Virus record (IMG/VR): IMGVR_UViG_3300033463_000014
Location: 96,001-160,000 of that record
Reading direction: 5' to 3' (one strand)
Source of the DNA: a virus
Taxonomy: Duplodnaviria; Caudoviricetes
DNA length: 64,000 nucleotides
Under the pieces are notes generated by a model. That model was given only the letters and a program-made list of their open reading frames with translations, did not search any database and was not told the origin of the DNA. Position 1 is the first letter of the stretch; every line of letters starts with the position of its first letter. Shown here piece by piece: positions 24,367 to 35,359 of the stretch. Both the position numbers and the translations under genes were made by a program.

Positions 24367-25031
24367 ATTAAAAAACCTCCGTCGGACGTCTGCCTTATCC
24401 ACGGCTCTACCCTACGCCTGCTCTTCTTCGACTTAATCTCGACCATCTTGAACATCTGTGCGAACCGGTCGGCGACACGCCTCTCGTACCGCTTCAGGAT
24501 GTCGGACGCTCCAAGGTTTGAAGTCATGTGCGTCCTGCACGACCTTCTGGCCATACGCATCTCGAGAAGGTAAGGGAACACCTCGACCTTCTCACCGTAA
24601 TGGTTGAGCATCGGCTCTGCGCCAACGTCGTCGATCAGCACGTCCATCTCATATGTCCTCTCGGACCACTTTGCGGCGTCCTCCATCGTCCACCCCTGGG
24701 TCTCCAGCATGGAGAGCTTCACGATAGGCTGAATTCCCATCGACCTCCTGACTGAGTTCAAGCACTCGAAGAAGAAGGTCTTCCCGACGCCGACCGCTCC
24801 GCATATCCACAGGTTGTAGCCTCTCATGTAGTCGTTCAGCGCGGACAGCGCGTCAGCACCCATCTCGTATCCGCACCTAACCATCATTCCAGCCACACGC
24901 TCCACCGTCTCATCCGGGATATCAGACGGTTCCTTTTGCACAGGAATAGGAACTGACGAAAGCCTCTTCGCCATGGCTTGGAAGTCATGCTTACCCAGAT
25001 CAGCCTTTTTATCGACCATTTTCTCCTCCAT
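24363..25031 (-). CDS. DnaC/IstB-like AAA+ ATPase (helicase loader)
   Basis: Walker A GAVGVGKT, Walker B VLIDDVGAE, THMTSNL, RVADRF; directly downstream of the initiator. Confidence 0.85.
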   Translation of the reverse strand: MEEKMVDKKADLGKHDFQAMAKRLSSVPIPVQKEPSDIPDETVERVAGMMVRCGYEMGADALSALNDYMRGYNLWICGAVGVGKTFFFECLNSVRRSMGIQPIVKLSMLETQGWTMEDAAKWSERTYEMDVLIDDVGAEPMLNHYGEKVEVFPYLLEMRMARRSCRTHMTSNLGASDILKRYERRVADRFAQMFKMVEIKSKKSRRRVEPWIRQTSDGGFLI

Positions 25032-26187
25032 AATCTCCTCCCTCAGATCCCGTCATCCTCCTGATGAGGTCAGCGTCCGATTCTGCGTCCGACGCAAGGA
25101 ACTTCGCCTTCTCGTCTGACGGAACAGGCACGGAGCCGTTCTCGACGCTGTCCTGCCAATGCCCTGCGTTAAGCCAGGTGGCCGGATAAGGGATATACAT
25201 CCCGGAATCCCTCTTCCACTGCCTGGTTCGCTTCCAGTAGGCGAGAGAATCCATCATCACGCCCATGAACACGTCCACATCCTTCTGGGACTTGATCAGC
25301 TTGGTGAAAGCCTTCTGCGCATCCTTCTTAGCGACCTTCCTCGGATACTGCTCCCAGAATATGGCGAACTTCGGCGGAATCCACGCTAGGTCATTCCGCG
25401 TATCAACCGATTTGTCTCCAGTGTCGCGACATTTTGTCGCATCTTCAGAAACCGCTCCAGAATCGCCCACGTTCGCTCCGGGCGTCAAGGCCTGCATAGA
25501 TGCCTCGCCGAGACCTTCCTGAGCGCCTGATGCCCGTTCTGACCTCAATGAGACGCACTCCATCCGTTCCGAGACATCAATATCTTGGTCAGACAGGCTG
25601 TCGGCAACAGAAAAAAGATCCTCGGAGAACTGGTCCATTTTCCCCTTTGACACAGACTTTGCCCTATTCCTTCCCGCACGTTCCGACTTTTCTAGGGGAG
25701 AGGGACACTTCTTCTCTAGGGGGATTATAGGGGGTGTCTCTTCTTCAGGGATACGGGGTGTCTTTGGTTTAGAAATTGTGTCAGAGGCTCCGAGCGTTAC
25801 AGTAACGCTGTCAACCTCGCGACTTTCACCGCATGAAACACCTGTTTTATCATCGTTTCCGAGAACTTTCTTCTTTTGTACGGAACAGTTATTAACAGCC
25901 CTGTCAGTAACGTTGTCCTTTGCCCGTTTCCTGATCTTCGCAACCCTCTCCCTCGTCATCGCACGCTGGTGCAATTTGTCACGGTAGATAAGGATTTCAG
26001 CCTCGGTTGACGGTGTCGCGAAAAAGTCAGTATCCATTGCAAGGCAACGAGTTATGCGCCCTATGTCATCATTGGAGAGATCCTTTCTTGAGACCAGTTC
26101 TCTGAAGGTCCACGGAACCCGGAAATCAGAATGAAGGATCGATTCTGGTATCTCCGGCCAGATGCTTTTGTCGTCCGTTTTCCTCAT
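25009..26187 (-). CDS. Phage replication initiator protein
   Basis: C-terminal FWEQYPRKVAKKDAQKAF...YIPYPATWLN..W.D domain; paired with DnaC-like gene. Confidence 0.8.
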   Translation of the reverse strand: MRKTDDKSIWPEIPESILHSDFRVPWTFRELVSRKDLSNDDIGRITRCLAMDTDFFATPSTEAEILIYRDKLHQRAMTRERVAKIRKRAKDNVTDRAVNNCSVQKKKVLGNDDKTGVSCGESREVDSVTVTLGASDTISKPKTPRIPEEETPPIIPLEKKCPSPLEKSERAGRNRAKSVSKGKMDQFSEDLFSVADSLSDQDIDVSERMECVSLRSERASGAQEGLGEASMQALTPGANVGDSGAVSEDATKCRDTGDKSVDTRNDLAWIPPKFAIFWEQYPRKVAKKDAQKAFTKLIKSQKDVDVFMGVMMDSLAYWKRTRQWKRDSGMYIPYPATWLNAGHWQDSVENGSVPVPSDEKAKFLASDAESDADLIRRMTGSEGGDYGGENGR

Positions 26188-26204
26188 AAATACCCGTCCA
26201 AAAC

Positions 26205-26289
26205 CGTTACAGTACGCGTTACAGTAACGCTGCTGAAAATGTTACAGTAACGCGTACAGTAACGCGTACAGTACGCGTTACTGTAACGC
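26205..26289. repeat. Iteron-like array of palindromic GTTAC(A/T)GTAAC units; candidate replication origin
   Basis: About six full or degenerate copies of GCGT(T)ACAGTA(A)C just upstream of the initiator, plus one inside it near 25795-25808. Confidence 0.7.
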
Positions 26290-27823
26290 ATAAACCGACT
26301 CCTAGCTGACGTTATCGGGATCCGCCTTTGGCTCTTTCTCTCCCTTTAAGCCCTTGACGAAAGCGTCGGCAATGGACTTAAGAGACCGGAACAAACATAA
26401 GAAAAGTTCGGACGCGATAAAGCACCAACCCTTCCCCTTTTCCCTGAGCCTACCGGCGAATACGCCGATTACGAATAAAAGAACACCAGCAACAACCATA
26501 AAACCTCCGGACTCAATTATACCAACCCGAAAATGTACGTCCGAGCATAATGAAATTGTTAACAAGATGTTAATTTCCTGTTAACAAAGCCATGTCAGCC
26601 ATTAACCGCATTCTCAAAGATACATGTCATGGATAACGTCCGACGCGTGGGACACGCTGAGACCTCCATCAAGATATGCATCGACAGCGACTCCTGCCGC
26701 AGACCTGGCCGACACACTTCCGTTTGACCCGTGGACGCACATAATTACGATCCTGAACAGCCTTTCCGAATCGTCCGTCAGGCACTTTCTAGCTCTCGCG
26801 GATCTCATCCTGTTCCTGGCTCCGCGTATGGCCATGTCAAGCTCATACGCGGCTAGAACATCTTCAGGACGGACGTCCCTCGATACAAGTTCCCTTGCCT
26901 CCGAGAGGGACGATTCATAAGTGACCTTACCCTTTGCCATAAAGATCCTCTCCGACGACCTCAGCATAACGCTGAAGGATATCGATAACACGGTCTGTAA
27001 GCTCACTGCTCCTTGAAATGATAACGCCCCCGCCCGTGCTGTTTTGCTTTCTAACCATCACGATTGCGGACTGATTCATGAGTCTTTCTGCGATACCAGC
27101 AGCCGTGTCTGCAAGAACTATGTCCCGATCTGTTAGCGACATTTACCCTCCTCGTCAACCTTCCTGTCGGCGTACGACGCGATGTGGCAATACTCCCCAG
27201 AACATCTCACGTGGATTTTAACGGACAGATCCTTGATTTCGCACTCCATGTCGAAATCTCCGTCCCCGTCATAATCAAGACCGTACTGGAAATGGGTTCC
27301 TTTCTTGATCTTATCAAGCGTCCTTTTACTCAGGACGAACTTCCTGAGCGCCAACGCCGCAGGCTTTTCACCTATGATAGTCTCTCTGTCCATGAAATGG
27401 CAGAAAGACCTGGACCTGTTGTCGCACAGCCTGACTCCGAACGCCGCCGTATGCGAGCGAGGATCATTGAGCATCCCGAAGTTCATCGCCTCGTTAATTG
27501 AAAGATCCTCTACCTTCCTTATCCTCTTCTTTTTTTCCGTGTTTTTCTTTCCGTCTTTACTTTCGGACATACCAAACTCCTTTCCGTCCCTCACGTTGTC
27601 GCAGAAAATCTCCACGTCCTCCGTTCCGCAGAACTCAAGCGACCCAGCTATCCTTCTCCTCTCCGCAACGCGCCTGAGCGCATCGTGCGTAAGCCTTCTG
27701 TCGGAGAATACGGTCGTACGGTACTTGCATGTCTCAACGACGACCATGCCGTACGCGAACCGTCCGCTTTTCGCGCTGTCCGCCTTTCCTTTCCTGTTCG
27801 ACACCATCATAGCCTCCGTTACG

Positions 27824-29197
27824 TCACAAGCCGATACCTTCAAGAGACGACTCGCACATTGCGGCCGCCGTCATTACCGGAACGCTGTTTCCGATCAGCC
27901 TTACCTGTTCCGAGCGGTTGCCCTTCAGGATATAATCCTTCGGGAAACTGTGGGCTGACGCAAGCTCGGAAGGCTTCAGCATCCTGATCCTTATATCAAT
28001 CAGCCTTCCGTCGTCAAGAACGGGGAACACTCCCCTGACAGCACCCGAAGTCGCTATGGTAGGACACGGGAAGTCAACCGGCCTGCACACGGATCCACCG
28101 TGCTGGCCGAGGACTAGAGGAGTCACCATGCTGAACCTGTCATGCGTCGTCTGGGCGCCTATCGGTATGCTTCCGTCCATCGCCTTTCCACCCCTTGTGT
28201 GGTCTATCACTATAGGCTGGCACAGCATGTGACACCCTCCCGAGGTAGTAACGGTCGAGCACGGCATGTCGATGTCCTCCACAGTGCTGTTGTTCCTCAG
28301 CTTCACGATGAACGGACGGACGATCATTGTCCTGTTCCCGCCCGCATGCTGTGTCCGCATAGGTGAATCCAAAGACAAGACTCGTCCTTCGTGCCCTTCC
28401 CCGCACCCAACTATATCAAGCTGGAAATCAAGGCCGTTGAATTTCTTCAACCCAACCATGATACGATCAAGCGTCTTACGTGCGAGAGGCTTCTTCCTCT
28501 CGAAGATGCTCGTTCCAAGGTCCGACATGTCCAGGCATTCTCTTATGCCCCTCCATTTTTTCAGATTAGTTGTGAACAGGGAGGCATAAGGATCCTTTGC
28601 GTGTGTCGGATTCGGCCATACGATCTTTCCGTACCCGCGCCTGACAGCCTTTAGGAAGAACCTCCTGCGAGTCGTTGCGTCTCCGTAGTCCGCACAGTTA
28701 ACGATTCTCCAATCGACATCATAATCCCTTGATATTATGTCGTTAATCCATGCCTTGAAACACGAACCAGCCTTCTCCTTGATAGGCTTCACTTTCTCGT
28801 CAAGAGGGCCCCAATTCAAGAACTCAGGAACGTTTTCCACAATGAAAGAATCGACGAACAGTTCATCAAGCCAATACGTAACGAACTCAGGCTGTGAACG
28901 AAGCTGGTCGTTCCTTGGCCTCCCTCCGAGAGCCCGGCTGAAGTGCGTGCATGTCGGGCTGGCCCACATCAGTTCAACCCTTCTTCCGGGAACAAGAACT
29001 GAAGGCCTCGCGCTCTCGATCGACATACATCTCGCGTCGATGTCTCTGTGATTAGCGGACATTGTTGCGATCGCTGTTTCACAGTGGTTTATGGCTACGC
29101 CTCGGTGCCATATACCCCTCCTCCTCAGTGCGACCTCCATTCCTGTGGAAGATCCGCCACCTCCGCTGAAAAGATCCACAGTCGTTATGATTATCAC
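27824..29197 (-). CDS. DNA (cytosine-5)-methyltransferase
   Basis: DLFSGGGG, ASPTCTHFS, IVENVPEF, RRRFF, IGNSVP; GTG start at 29197 after AGGAGG. Confidence 0.92.
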   Translation of the reverse strand: MIIITTVDLFSGGGGSSTGMEVALRRRGIWHRGVAINHCETAIATMSANHRDIDARCMSIESARPSVLVPGRRVELMWASPTCTHFSRALGGRPRNDQLRSQPEFVTYWLDELFVDSFIVENVPEFLNWGPLDEKVKPIKEKAGSCFKAWINDIISRDYDVDWRIVNCADYGDATTRRRFFLKAVRRGYGKIVWPNPTHAKDPYASLFTTNLKKWRGIRECLDMSDLGTSIFERKKPLARKTLDRIMVGLKKFNGLDFQLDIVGCGEGHEGRVLSLDSPMRTQHAGGNRTMIVRPFIVKLRNNSTVEDIDMPCSTVTTSGGCHMLCQPIVIDHTRGGKAMDGSIPIGAQTTHDRFSMVTPLVLGQHGGSVCRPVDFPCPTIATSGAVRGVFPVLDDGRLIDIRIRMLKPSELASAHSFPKDYILKGNRSEQVRLIGNSVPVMTAAAMCESSLEGIGL

Positions 29198-29534
29198 CGA
29201 AATCCTCCTAAAGGAGCTTAACCATAATGATCCCAAGAATGATAGCAGTGGCTATAACTTCTATAGCCTCAAGCGTGTTTGGGCCGATGTCCACCTCTTC
29301 TCCTCCTTTCCACATCTGAACCTCCGTTGAAGATTTCCCTCCCGTCGTCTATGCGGTCGATCAGATAGAGATACGTACCGCACTTTACAAGCAGGGCGCT
29401 ATCTCCCCAGTAGCGTTTCCTCATTCCCCTGATGCTTGCGTTTGGTCCGGTGCTCGCTATCGAGTTGGACTCAAGCCAACGGAGCATCAGATCAGTGCTC
29501 TTCCGATATATCGTTCTTCCTTTTTTATCAGTCA

Positions 29535-29912
29535 TCACTCGATCTCCAGAGAGAACCTTCTGCCGTCGCGCTTATAGGACGTGAACTGCTCGATGTCCTC
29601 GTCCTTCACACCGAACTTGGCGAAGATTCCGTCATAGTCGACTGACTTCGTGACGTTTCCAGGAAGCCACGTCGCGATTACCCCGCAGGATCCGACAATC
29701 TGCTCACCCGAACCCATGGCGTTCATGATCTCTCCCTTAAGGATGGAAGCCTTAAGCTTAAGGGCGTCGATATCGCGGAGAACTGACAGGAGATCCCTCG
29801 CCTTCTTCTCAAGCTCTCCAGTCGCATTGACCGTCTTCCCTGGCTCAACCTCTTTGTATTTAGCCTTCGCCTTCTTCTCAAGTTCGCTCTCAGTCTTCTC
29901 GTGTTTCATCAT
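29535..29912 (-). CDS. Hypothetical protein resembling the C-terminal part of YqaJ-type proteins
   Basis: Coiled coil then IMNAMG..IATW...SVD...RRF pattern; no nuclease domain. Confidence 0.35.
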   Translation of the reverse strand: MMKHEKTESELEKKAKAKYKEVEPGKTVNATGELEKKARDLLSVLRDIDALKLKASILKGEIMNAMGSGEQIVGSCGVIATWLPGNVTKSVDYDGIFAKFGVKDEDIEQFTSYKRDGRRFSLEIE

Positions 29913-30681
29913 TTTCTCCTTTCAGTTTCCATTGACGTTTTCTCCGGACTCCAACCTGCACGCTATGATCGCGACAGATCCGTTTCGCCGGTCACTCATA
30001 ATCCAAACCCTCGTCTTCGATATCCACGTTCACCTCCGTGCCTCCGATGACGGATGACACAGCCTTCATTATCCTTCCCGCGAGAGATTCCTGACTGCAT
30101 TCAGACGCTATCCCGTCTATAATCCTCATGGTGAAGAAAATATCAGCCGCATCCCTGCATTCCTGGCACGACGCCACATCACCGCAAGGGCGCCCTCCTC
30201 GTCCAGCCCTGCATGAAGACATACGGAAAGGCGCGTATCCGCGCAGAGCCCTTGCGGCCTCTGACTGGACTTTCTTACTGATGAAATAAGTAGGAGACAT
30301 CCCTTCCAGGAAAGCCCGCTTCGACCCTATAGAGTCTCCTGGGCGAACGAAGAAAAACTCCCCTGTCACCTCTGCACGGATTCGTCCATCCCTTTTGTTC
30401 AGCCTTACTTGGTGCATATCCTCACCTTATCGATCTTCAGGACGATGCCTCCGTCCCTATACTCCCAAATGCCTTCGCCGACCTCGGCGACATCATCACG
30501 GCGCCATCCGTTTTCCCTGACATCCTTGTCAATGATGTCCCTGACCCGCTCCTCGGCCTCATCGCGCGTTTCGCACACGCTGATGGATGAGACAGACATC
30601 GGGTCCGGATCATTCGTGTTCGTGTCCACCACGACCCATACGTCAAGACCGTCTTTTTCCTCTGTATCCATAAGCCTCCAT

Positions 30682-30706
30682 AAAAAAAAGCCCCATGAAT
30701 GGGGCA
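30682..30706 (-). terminator. Rho-independent terminator
   Basis: GCCCCA-TTCA-TGGGGC followed by T8 on the minus strand. Confidence 0.8.
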
Positions 30707-32106
30707 TGTTCTAGACTTCCAGACTTCCAGGTTTCAAGATTCCCCGGTTCCTAGTTTCCGGCGCTCCTCTTCTCCCGTTCCTCTACCGCCTTCATGGCTA
30801 TCTCGTCCAGCTCCTTCGTCCTCTGCGGCAGCCTGGATCCGCACCCGGGACATATCTTGAGGCCGCGCCCCCTTCTTCCCGCCCATCCGCAGGACGGGCA
30901 GAGGTAGGCTATCTGTTTCCTCGAGTTCCAGCACCCGATATGCATCGCCATACATACCTTCGGACTTTATTCTGTGGACTACGGACTACGGCCTTGTGTC
31001 CATGGAAAAGGCAGGAGATCCGTCTTTATCCGTTATGCCTTCGAGAACAGACGCGGGAGGCTCTAAAGTCTCGCCAGCCTGCTCAAGGGCGTCGACATAC
31101 CCGAACAGCGCCTCAAACGGGATAACGTGCCGGCGCTCCGCCTTGCGCGTCTCCATCCACTTGATCCTGTGCTCACGGATGATCATCGCGAGAACAGGAA
31201 ACTCGGAAAGGCTCTCCGATGAGGCGTGGCAGAGCTCGCCGACGGCGTACCCGTAATAATCCGGATAACCCATCGCGCACTCCTCGATGTAGACCGCCGC
31301 CGCCCCCAGGTGCTTCACGACGCACTCAAGACACGTCTTTCTCATTGCCCACCTCCCCTTCGTCTCCTATTGCGAATCCCTTGTAGTCTGCACTCGGAGG
31401 ATAGACGCGTATCATTTTCTTCACGTAATCCCTCCACAGTGCCCCCTTGTCCGTCAGCGGAATGATCTCCATCGACACGCGCCGGCTGTCGCCGTCAAGG
31501 ATAACGTCGACATCGTAGTCTACGCCCTCCTGCGGGATCAGCCTGGCGAGCGCGTCCGCAAGGATAACAACCCTCTGCTGCTGCTTGAAGGACAGTTTCC
31601 CTACGGGTATCTTCTTCCCGGAAGCGCGCTCGAGGAACCTCATTTGGATTTCCTCGACTTTCGCCTTTTCGGAGGCTTGTCGGCGACTTTCGGAAGATCG
31701 ATCTCGACCTCGGAGCCTGACGGACCGCCATGGGCTGACTCATCCTGAGTCTTCCCGTCCGGACCTATCTTCGCCGCGTTCTCAATGTCCTCACGCCACC
31801 CTTCCCTGACGGCCGCGTACTCCTCGTCGTCAAGGGAAATCTCCACGTGCGACAGGTTCGCAACGGACATCAGGGCAGCGATCGCGTCCTTCACGACGAG
31901 GGACTGGATCCTGATCCCGACAGGAGCGTCATCGAACGATTCCGAAGAGACGATGAGCTTCATCCCGACACCCATCTTCGCCGTCCTGTACGACACGGAC
32001 TTCAGCCCGTTGTAGGCCATCAGATCCGTGATCATAGTGACATACTGCACTTTCCGCGCCTCGGCGGGCGTCCCATGCTCTCCGATTGCGCGTCCAACCC
32101 TAACTT

Positions 32107-32625
32107 TCATTCCGTTTTACCTTTCACTTCCGTTTTCGTCATGACGATAATGCGCTCGGCGTCCGTCGGCTCAGCCCTCAGGCGCGCCTCAACGGCCGCG
32201 AGCGTCTCACGGTCGTCTATGTCTATCTCCTCGTCCCGGTGCTCCATGATGTAGACGTACTGGCGCCACCTGTACTTCTGCAGCCAGGTGATGAACCAGA
32301 TCGATCCCTTATGGGCCGAGTTTTTGGAGAACTTGTGGTGCTTTGGGCACAGAAGGATCCCGTTAAGCGCGTCCCACCGCATGCGCGGGTTCGTGTTCCT
32401 GCTGTCGATGTGGTGCGCGTTCAGGTAGCACGTCTTTCCGTCCGTGTCGACGTCGCCGTACTCCCTCCCGCACACCGCGCACCGGTCGCCGCCGAGAACG
32501 CGGACCTTCTCGACCCACAGTCGCATGAGCCTGTTTCGGATCGTGGTCTTCTTCTCAAGGCGCTTCCGCTTCGGCTTCTTCGCCCTGGCCTTCCTTGACT
32601 TTGCCCGTGATGTTCCCATTCTCAT
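32107..32625 (-). CDS. NinG/Rap-like HNH endonuclease
   Basis: CAVCG, LNAHHI, RWDALNGILLCPKHH. Confidence 0.75.
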   Translation of the reverse strand: MRMGTSRAKSRKARAKKPKRKRLEKKTTIRNRLMRLWVEKVRVLGGDRCAVCGREYGDVDTDGKTCYLNAHHIDSRNTNPRMRWDALNGILLCPKHHKFSKNSAHKGSIWFITWLQKYRWRQYVYIMEHRDEEIDIDDRETLAAVEARLRAEPTDAERIIVMTKTEVKGKTE

Positions 32626-32650
32626 GCGATGATTTTACCAAACCATCGCG

Positions 32651-33808
32651 CTAAACCTCGATTTCCCTGCTGTACGGCGCCTCGGCCATCACGATGCGTT
32701 CACAGGGAAAGTAAGTTCTAACGATCTCGGCTTTAAAGCCAGCGCTCTCGTAAATGCGGCGGAGCTCTTCAGCCGTTTCCCCGGCATAAGCGTCTGGCAG
32801 CGTCCTGAACCACACGTTCGAGTAAAGGATACCGTCCTCGACATAGCAGTTCGTCTCCGACTCATCAGCATCGAGTTCGATGGCCTTCGCTGCTGCCAGC
32901 CTTGCTACCTTGTCGCCGATGGCATGGATCTTCAGGACGCGCTTGATGTCCTCGACTCCGCGCATGCCGGAGCATCCCGCAACGTCGAGGATCTTGCGCC
33001 TGAGCCAGCGGCTCATTGAGCAATCGCGACTAAACCATGTGGACATTGCTTCCATCACGTCGCCGTCGCGGATGACGCCAAGCGCGACGTCATCAACCCA
33101 GCCGTCCGTCATATTCATTCCTAAGCGGTCGCTCCCCTCACGTAGCAGATTGCGATGCAGTCTCCTTTCGGAAGACCAGGGATTTTTAGGAGGTACATAG
33201 GTTCCAGCGGGGACATCGGCGACATCGGTGACTTCGTGGACTTCGTGGACTTCGTGGACTTCGTGGACTTCCGGCGTTTCGCTGGAGCGTCCTTTTTCTG
33301 AGCGTCCTTCCGGCCGCTCTTCTTCCCCGGCAGACTCCCCGCGCAATCGCAGGCGGTCCGTTTCGAAGATCCTTCTGATCGCGTCTGTGACGTCTTCCGG
33401 TTCTTTGCCTTCTCCTTCGACGGCTCCTTTTTTCGATCCGAACCGGCGGAGAGCTTTGGGGATCCGTTCGATGATTTGCAGATTCCTGCTGACATCAGAG
33501 CCTTCTTCTCCTCCCTCTCGATCATCTTCTGGCGGTACGCCTCGATCTCCTCCTTCGTCTTTTGGCTCTTCTGACGGACCGATTTCATTTCCGGCTTCAG
33601 GTCGTTGCCGTCCGCATGCGTCCCGTTTTCCGGCCCCTGATTCTGATGCCGCTCCAGTATTTCCCTCTTCGCCTCTTCCAGTACAGACATCCTCTTCCTC
33701 CGAATTATCAGCATCCTTCGCTATCCGATCAAGCAAAACGCTTATCTCGCTTAACCTTTTCAGGACGCCTTTAAGCGCAGATATTTCTTCATCATCGTTA
33801 ACTTGCAC
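32651..33808 (-). CDS. Hypothetical protein (long frame of a dual-coding region)
   Basis: GGAGG-6nt-GTG at 33808; open for 385 codons; alternative internal ATG at 33118. Confidence 0.55.
   Translation of the reverse strand: MQVNDDEEISALKGVLKRLSEISVLLDRIAKDADNSEEEDVCTGRGEEGNTGAASESGAGKRDACGRQRPEAGNEIGPSEEPKDEGGDRGVPPEDDREGGEEGSDVSRNLQIIERIPKALRRFGSKKGAVEGEGKEPEDVTDAIRRIFETDRLRLRGESAGEEERPEGRSEKGRSSETPEVHEVHEVHEVHEVTDVADVPAGTYVPPKNPWSSERRLHRNLLREGSDRLGMNMTDGWVDDVALGVIRDGDVMEAMSTWFSRDCSMSRWLRRKILDVAGCSGMRGVEDIKRVLKIHAIGDKVARLAAAKAIELDADESETNCYVEDGILYSNVWFRTLPDAYAGETAEELRRIYESAGFKAEIVRTYFPCERIVMAEAPYSREIEV
33121..33690 (-). CDS. Hypothetical basic protein nested in another frame of 32651..33808
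   Basis: GGAGGAAGAGG before ATG; helical-looking MSVLEEAKREILE...; KST repeats from 9-bp tandem repeat 33212-33271. Confidence 0.55.
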   Translation of the reverse strand: MSVLEEAKREILERHQNQGPENGTHADGNDLKPEMKSVRQKSQKTKEEIEAYRQKMIEREEKKALMSAGICKSSNGSPKLSAGSDRKKEPSKEKAKNRKTSQTRSEGSSKRTACDCAGSLPGKKSGRKDAQKKDAPAKRRKSTKSTKSTKSTKSPMSPMSPLEPMYLLKIPGLPKGDCIAICYVRGATA

Positions 33809-33994
33809 TTGGTGCCTCCGTAAGTTTGCAGACAAGGTCCTTCAGCAAAGACTCCTGCTGCGGTTTCAGTTTCGCCTCCTCGCAAACCATCCTCACGGCG
33901 TCGAAAAGCTGTCCTTTCGTGACGCCGCCGCACGCCCAAATCGCCAGACGCGCGGCGGCAAGATAGATTGCCGAATACTCTTCGCCAGAGCCCA

Positions 33995-35359
33995 CTACCC
34001 GTTCCCCTCTTCCAGCTGTTCCTGATCATCTGGCTCGGACTGACCGGGATCATCATCCTGCTCCTGATCATCCTGATCCTCAACGGACACCGCCTCCTCC
34101 TCAGGCATTGTGTACTTCGTCTCGAAGTCAAATCCGTACCCTCGGATCCTGAGCGTCTCGCGGATCTTCCTAAGCCTCTCCTCGTCGGAGTAGAGCGCCT
34201 CGACGAACTCGTCCGCGCTCTTAAATGTCTTGTCCGACACGAGAGGCGCGGAGTATCCTCCGCGAACACGGGTGATGCCCCATTTAGCTCCCTTCGGGCA
34301 GAGGAATCCTCCCGGGCGGAACGGGTTCTCTGAGCAGTTGTTGTTCTTAGGGTCGCCAAGGAAGAACTGTAGATCGGTCTCAGCCATGTTATAGCCTCCG
34401 AGGTTCTTCCTGAACAGCGTGATTGTCCTGTTCCTCGGAGCGATCTTGGACTTGAACGTCGTCAGCATCTGGCGCGAACCGAGCACTTCCTTAGTCTTCT
34501 CGTCCTTCCACGGATAATCCTTTGTATCAAGACCGATGGTAAGGGCCATGCCGATGGCGAGCTGGTTTCTTGCCGTCGCCTTCGGTCCGCCGTATCCGGC
34601 TCCAGGGCCAGTCTTGATCTCAGTCGTCTCGTGAGTTGTCAGGAACATGGTCAGCTGATGGTTATCGTAGTCTTGCTCCCTCGCTCGCATGAAACGCCTG
34701 ACGTCCTTCGAGTCTCCTCCTGGCTTCTCGCTCTTGTCGAGATCAACGAAGTCACCACCGGCGTCGCTTCCTACGTTCGATAGAGAGTCAACGCCAACGA
34801 TGGAGATCTTCTTCATCTCTGGGTCGAGCGCGTCTTCCTTCGAGAACTTGCTCTTCGTCGCCCGTCCCGTCTCTGGATTGACCGTGCCTTCTCGCCCTCC
34901 ATGGAGAGCCATATCGAAGGTGTCGATCTTCTTGAACAAGTCATTCAGATCGTTCGCCTTCAGATAAATGAACAGGCTAGGATCAAATCCGAACTGGGCA
35001 ACGTAATCAGGAGGGTTTGGCGCGCCCTCCGTCTCAATGTGTGCGACCCATGCATTGCGGTCTTCCTGGCTGCTCCCGTGGAGCGCGCAACCATAGACAT
35101 AGTAAAGGAACGAAGACTTTCCGGCGCTGAACTTCGCCCTGAGCTGATACACCTTACCGGCCTGGAATCCCCTCGCGCCGAGCAGCCACTCCATCGCAAG
35201 ACACGGACGTCCCTTCACAGGGTCTATCATGTCGATGTAGCGCATGTTCCTGTAATAATCGGTGATTGTCGTTACCGATCCCTCCGGGTCGATCCCGGCG
35301 GACTTGAATCCGCCGAGGACCGCCGCCATCAGGCTGTCAGTCTCCTTTTTCTTTGCCAT
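33995..35359 (-). CDS. Divergent RecA/UvsX-like recombinase
   Basis: LLGARGFQAGKVYQL, P-loop AKFSAGKSS, IETEGA, Walker B VGVDSL, KSKIAP, acidic tail. Confidence 0.75.
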   Translation of the reverse strand: MAKKKETDSLMAAVLGGFKSAGIDPEGSVTTITDYYRNMRYIDMIDPVKGRPCLAMEWLLGARGFQAGKVYQLRAKFSAGKSSFLYYVYGCALHGSSQEDRNAWVAHIETEGAPNPPDYVAQFGFDPSLFIYLKANDLNDLFKKIDTFDMALHGGREGTVNPETGRATKSKFSKEDALDPEMKKISIVGVDSLSNVGSDAGGDFVDLDKSEKPGGDSKDVRRFMRAREQDYDNHQLTMFLTTHETTEIKTGPGAGYGGPKATARNQLAIGMALTIGLDTKDYPWKDEKTKEVLGSRQMLTTFKSKIAPRNRTITLFRKNLGGYNMAETDLQFFLGDPKNNNCSENPFRPGGFLCPKGAKWGITRVRGGYSAPLVSDKTFKSADEFVEALYSDEERLRKIRETLRIRGYGFDFETKYTMPEEEAVSVEDQDDQEQDDDPGQSEPDDQEQLEEGNG

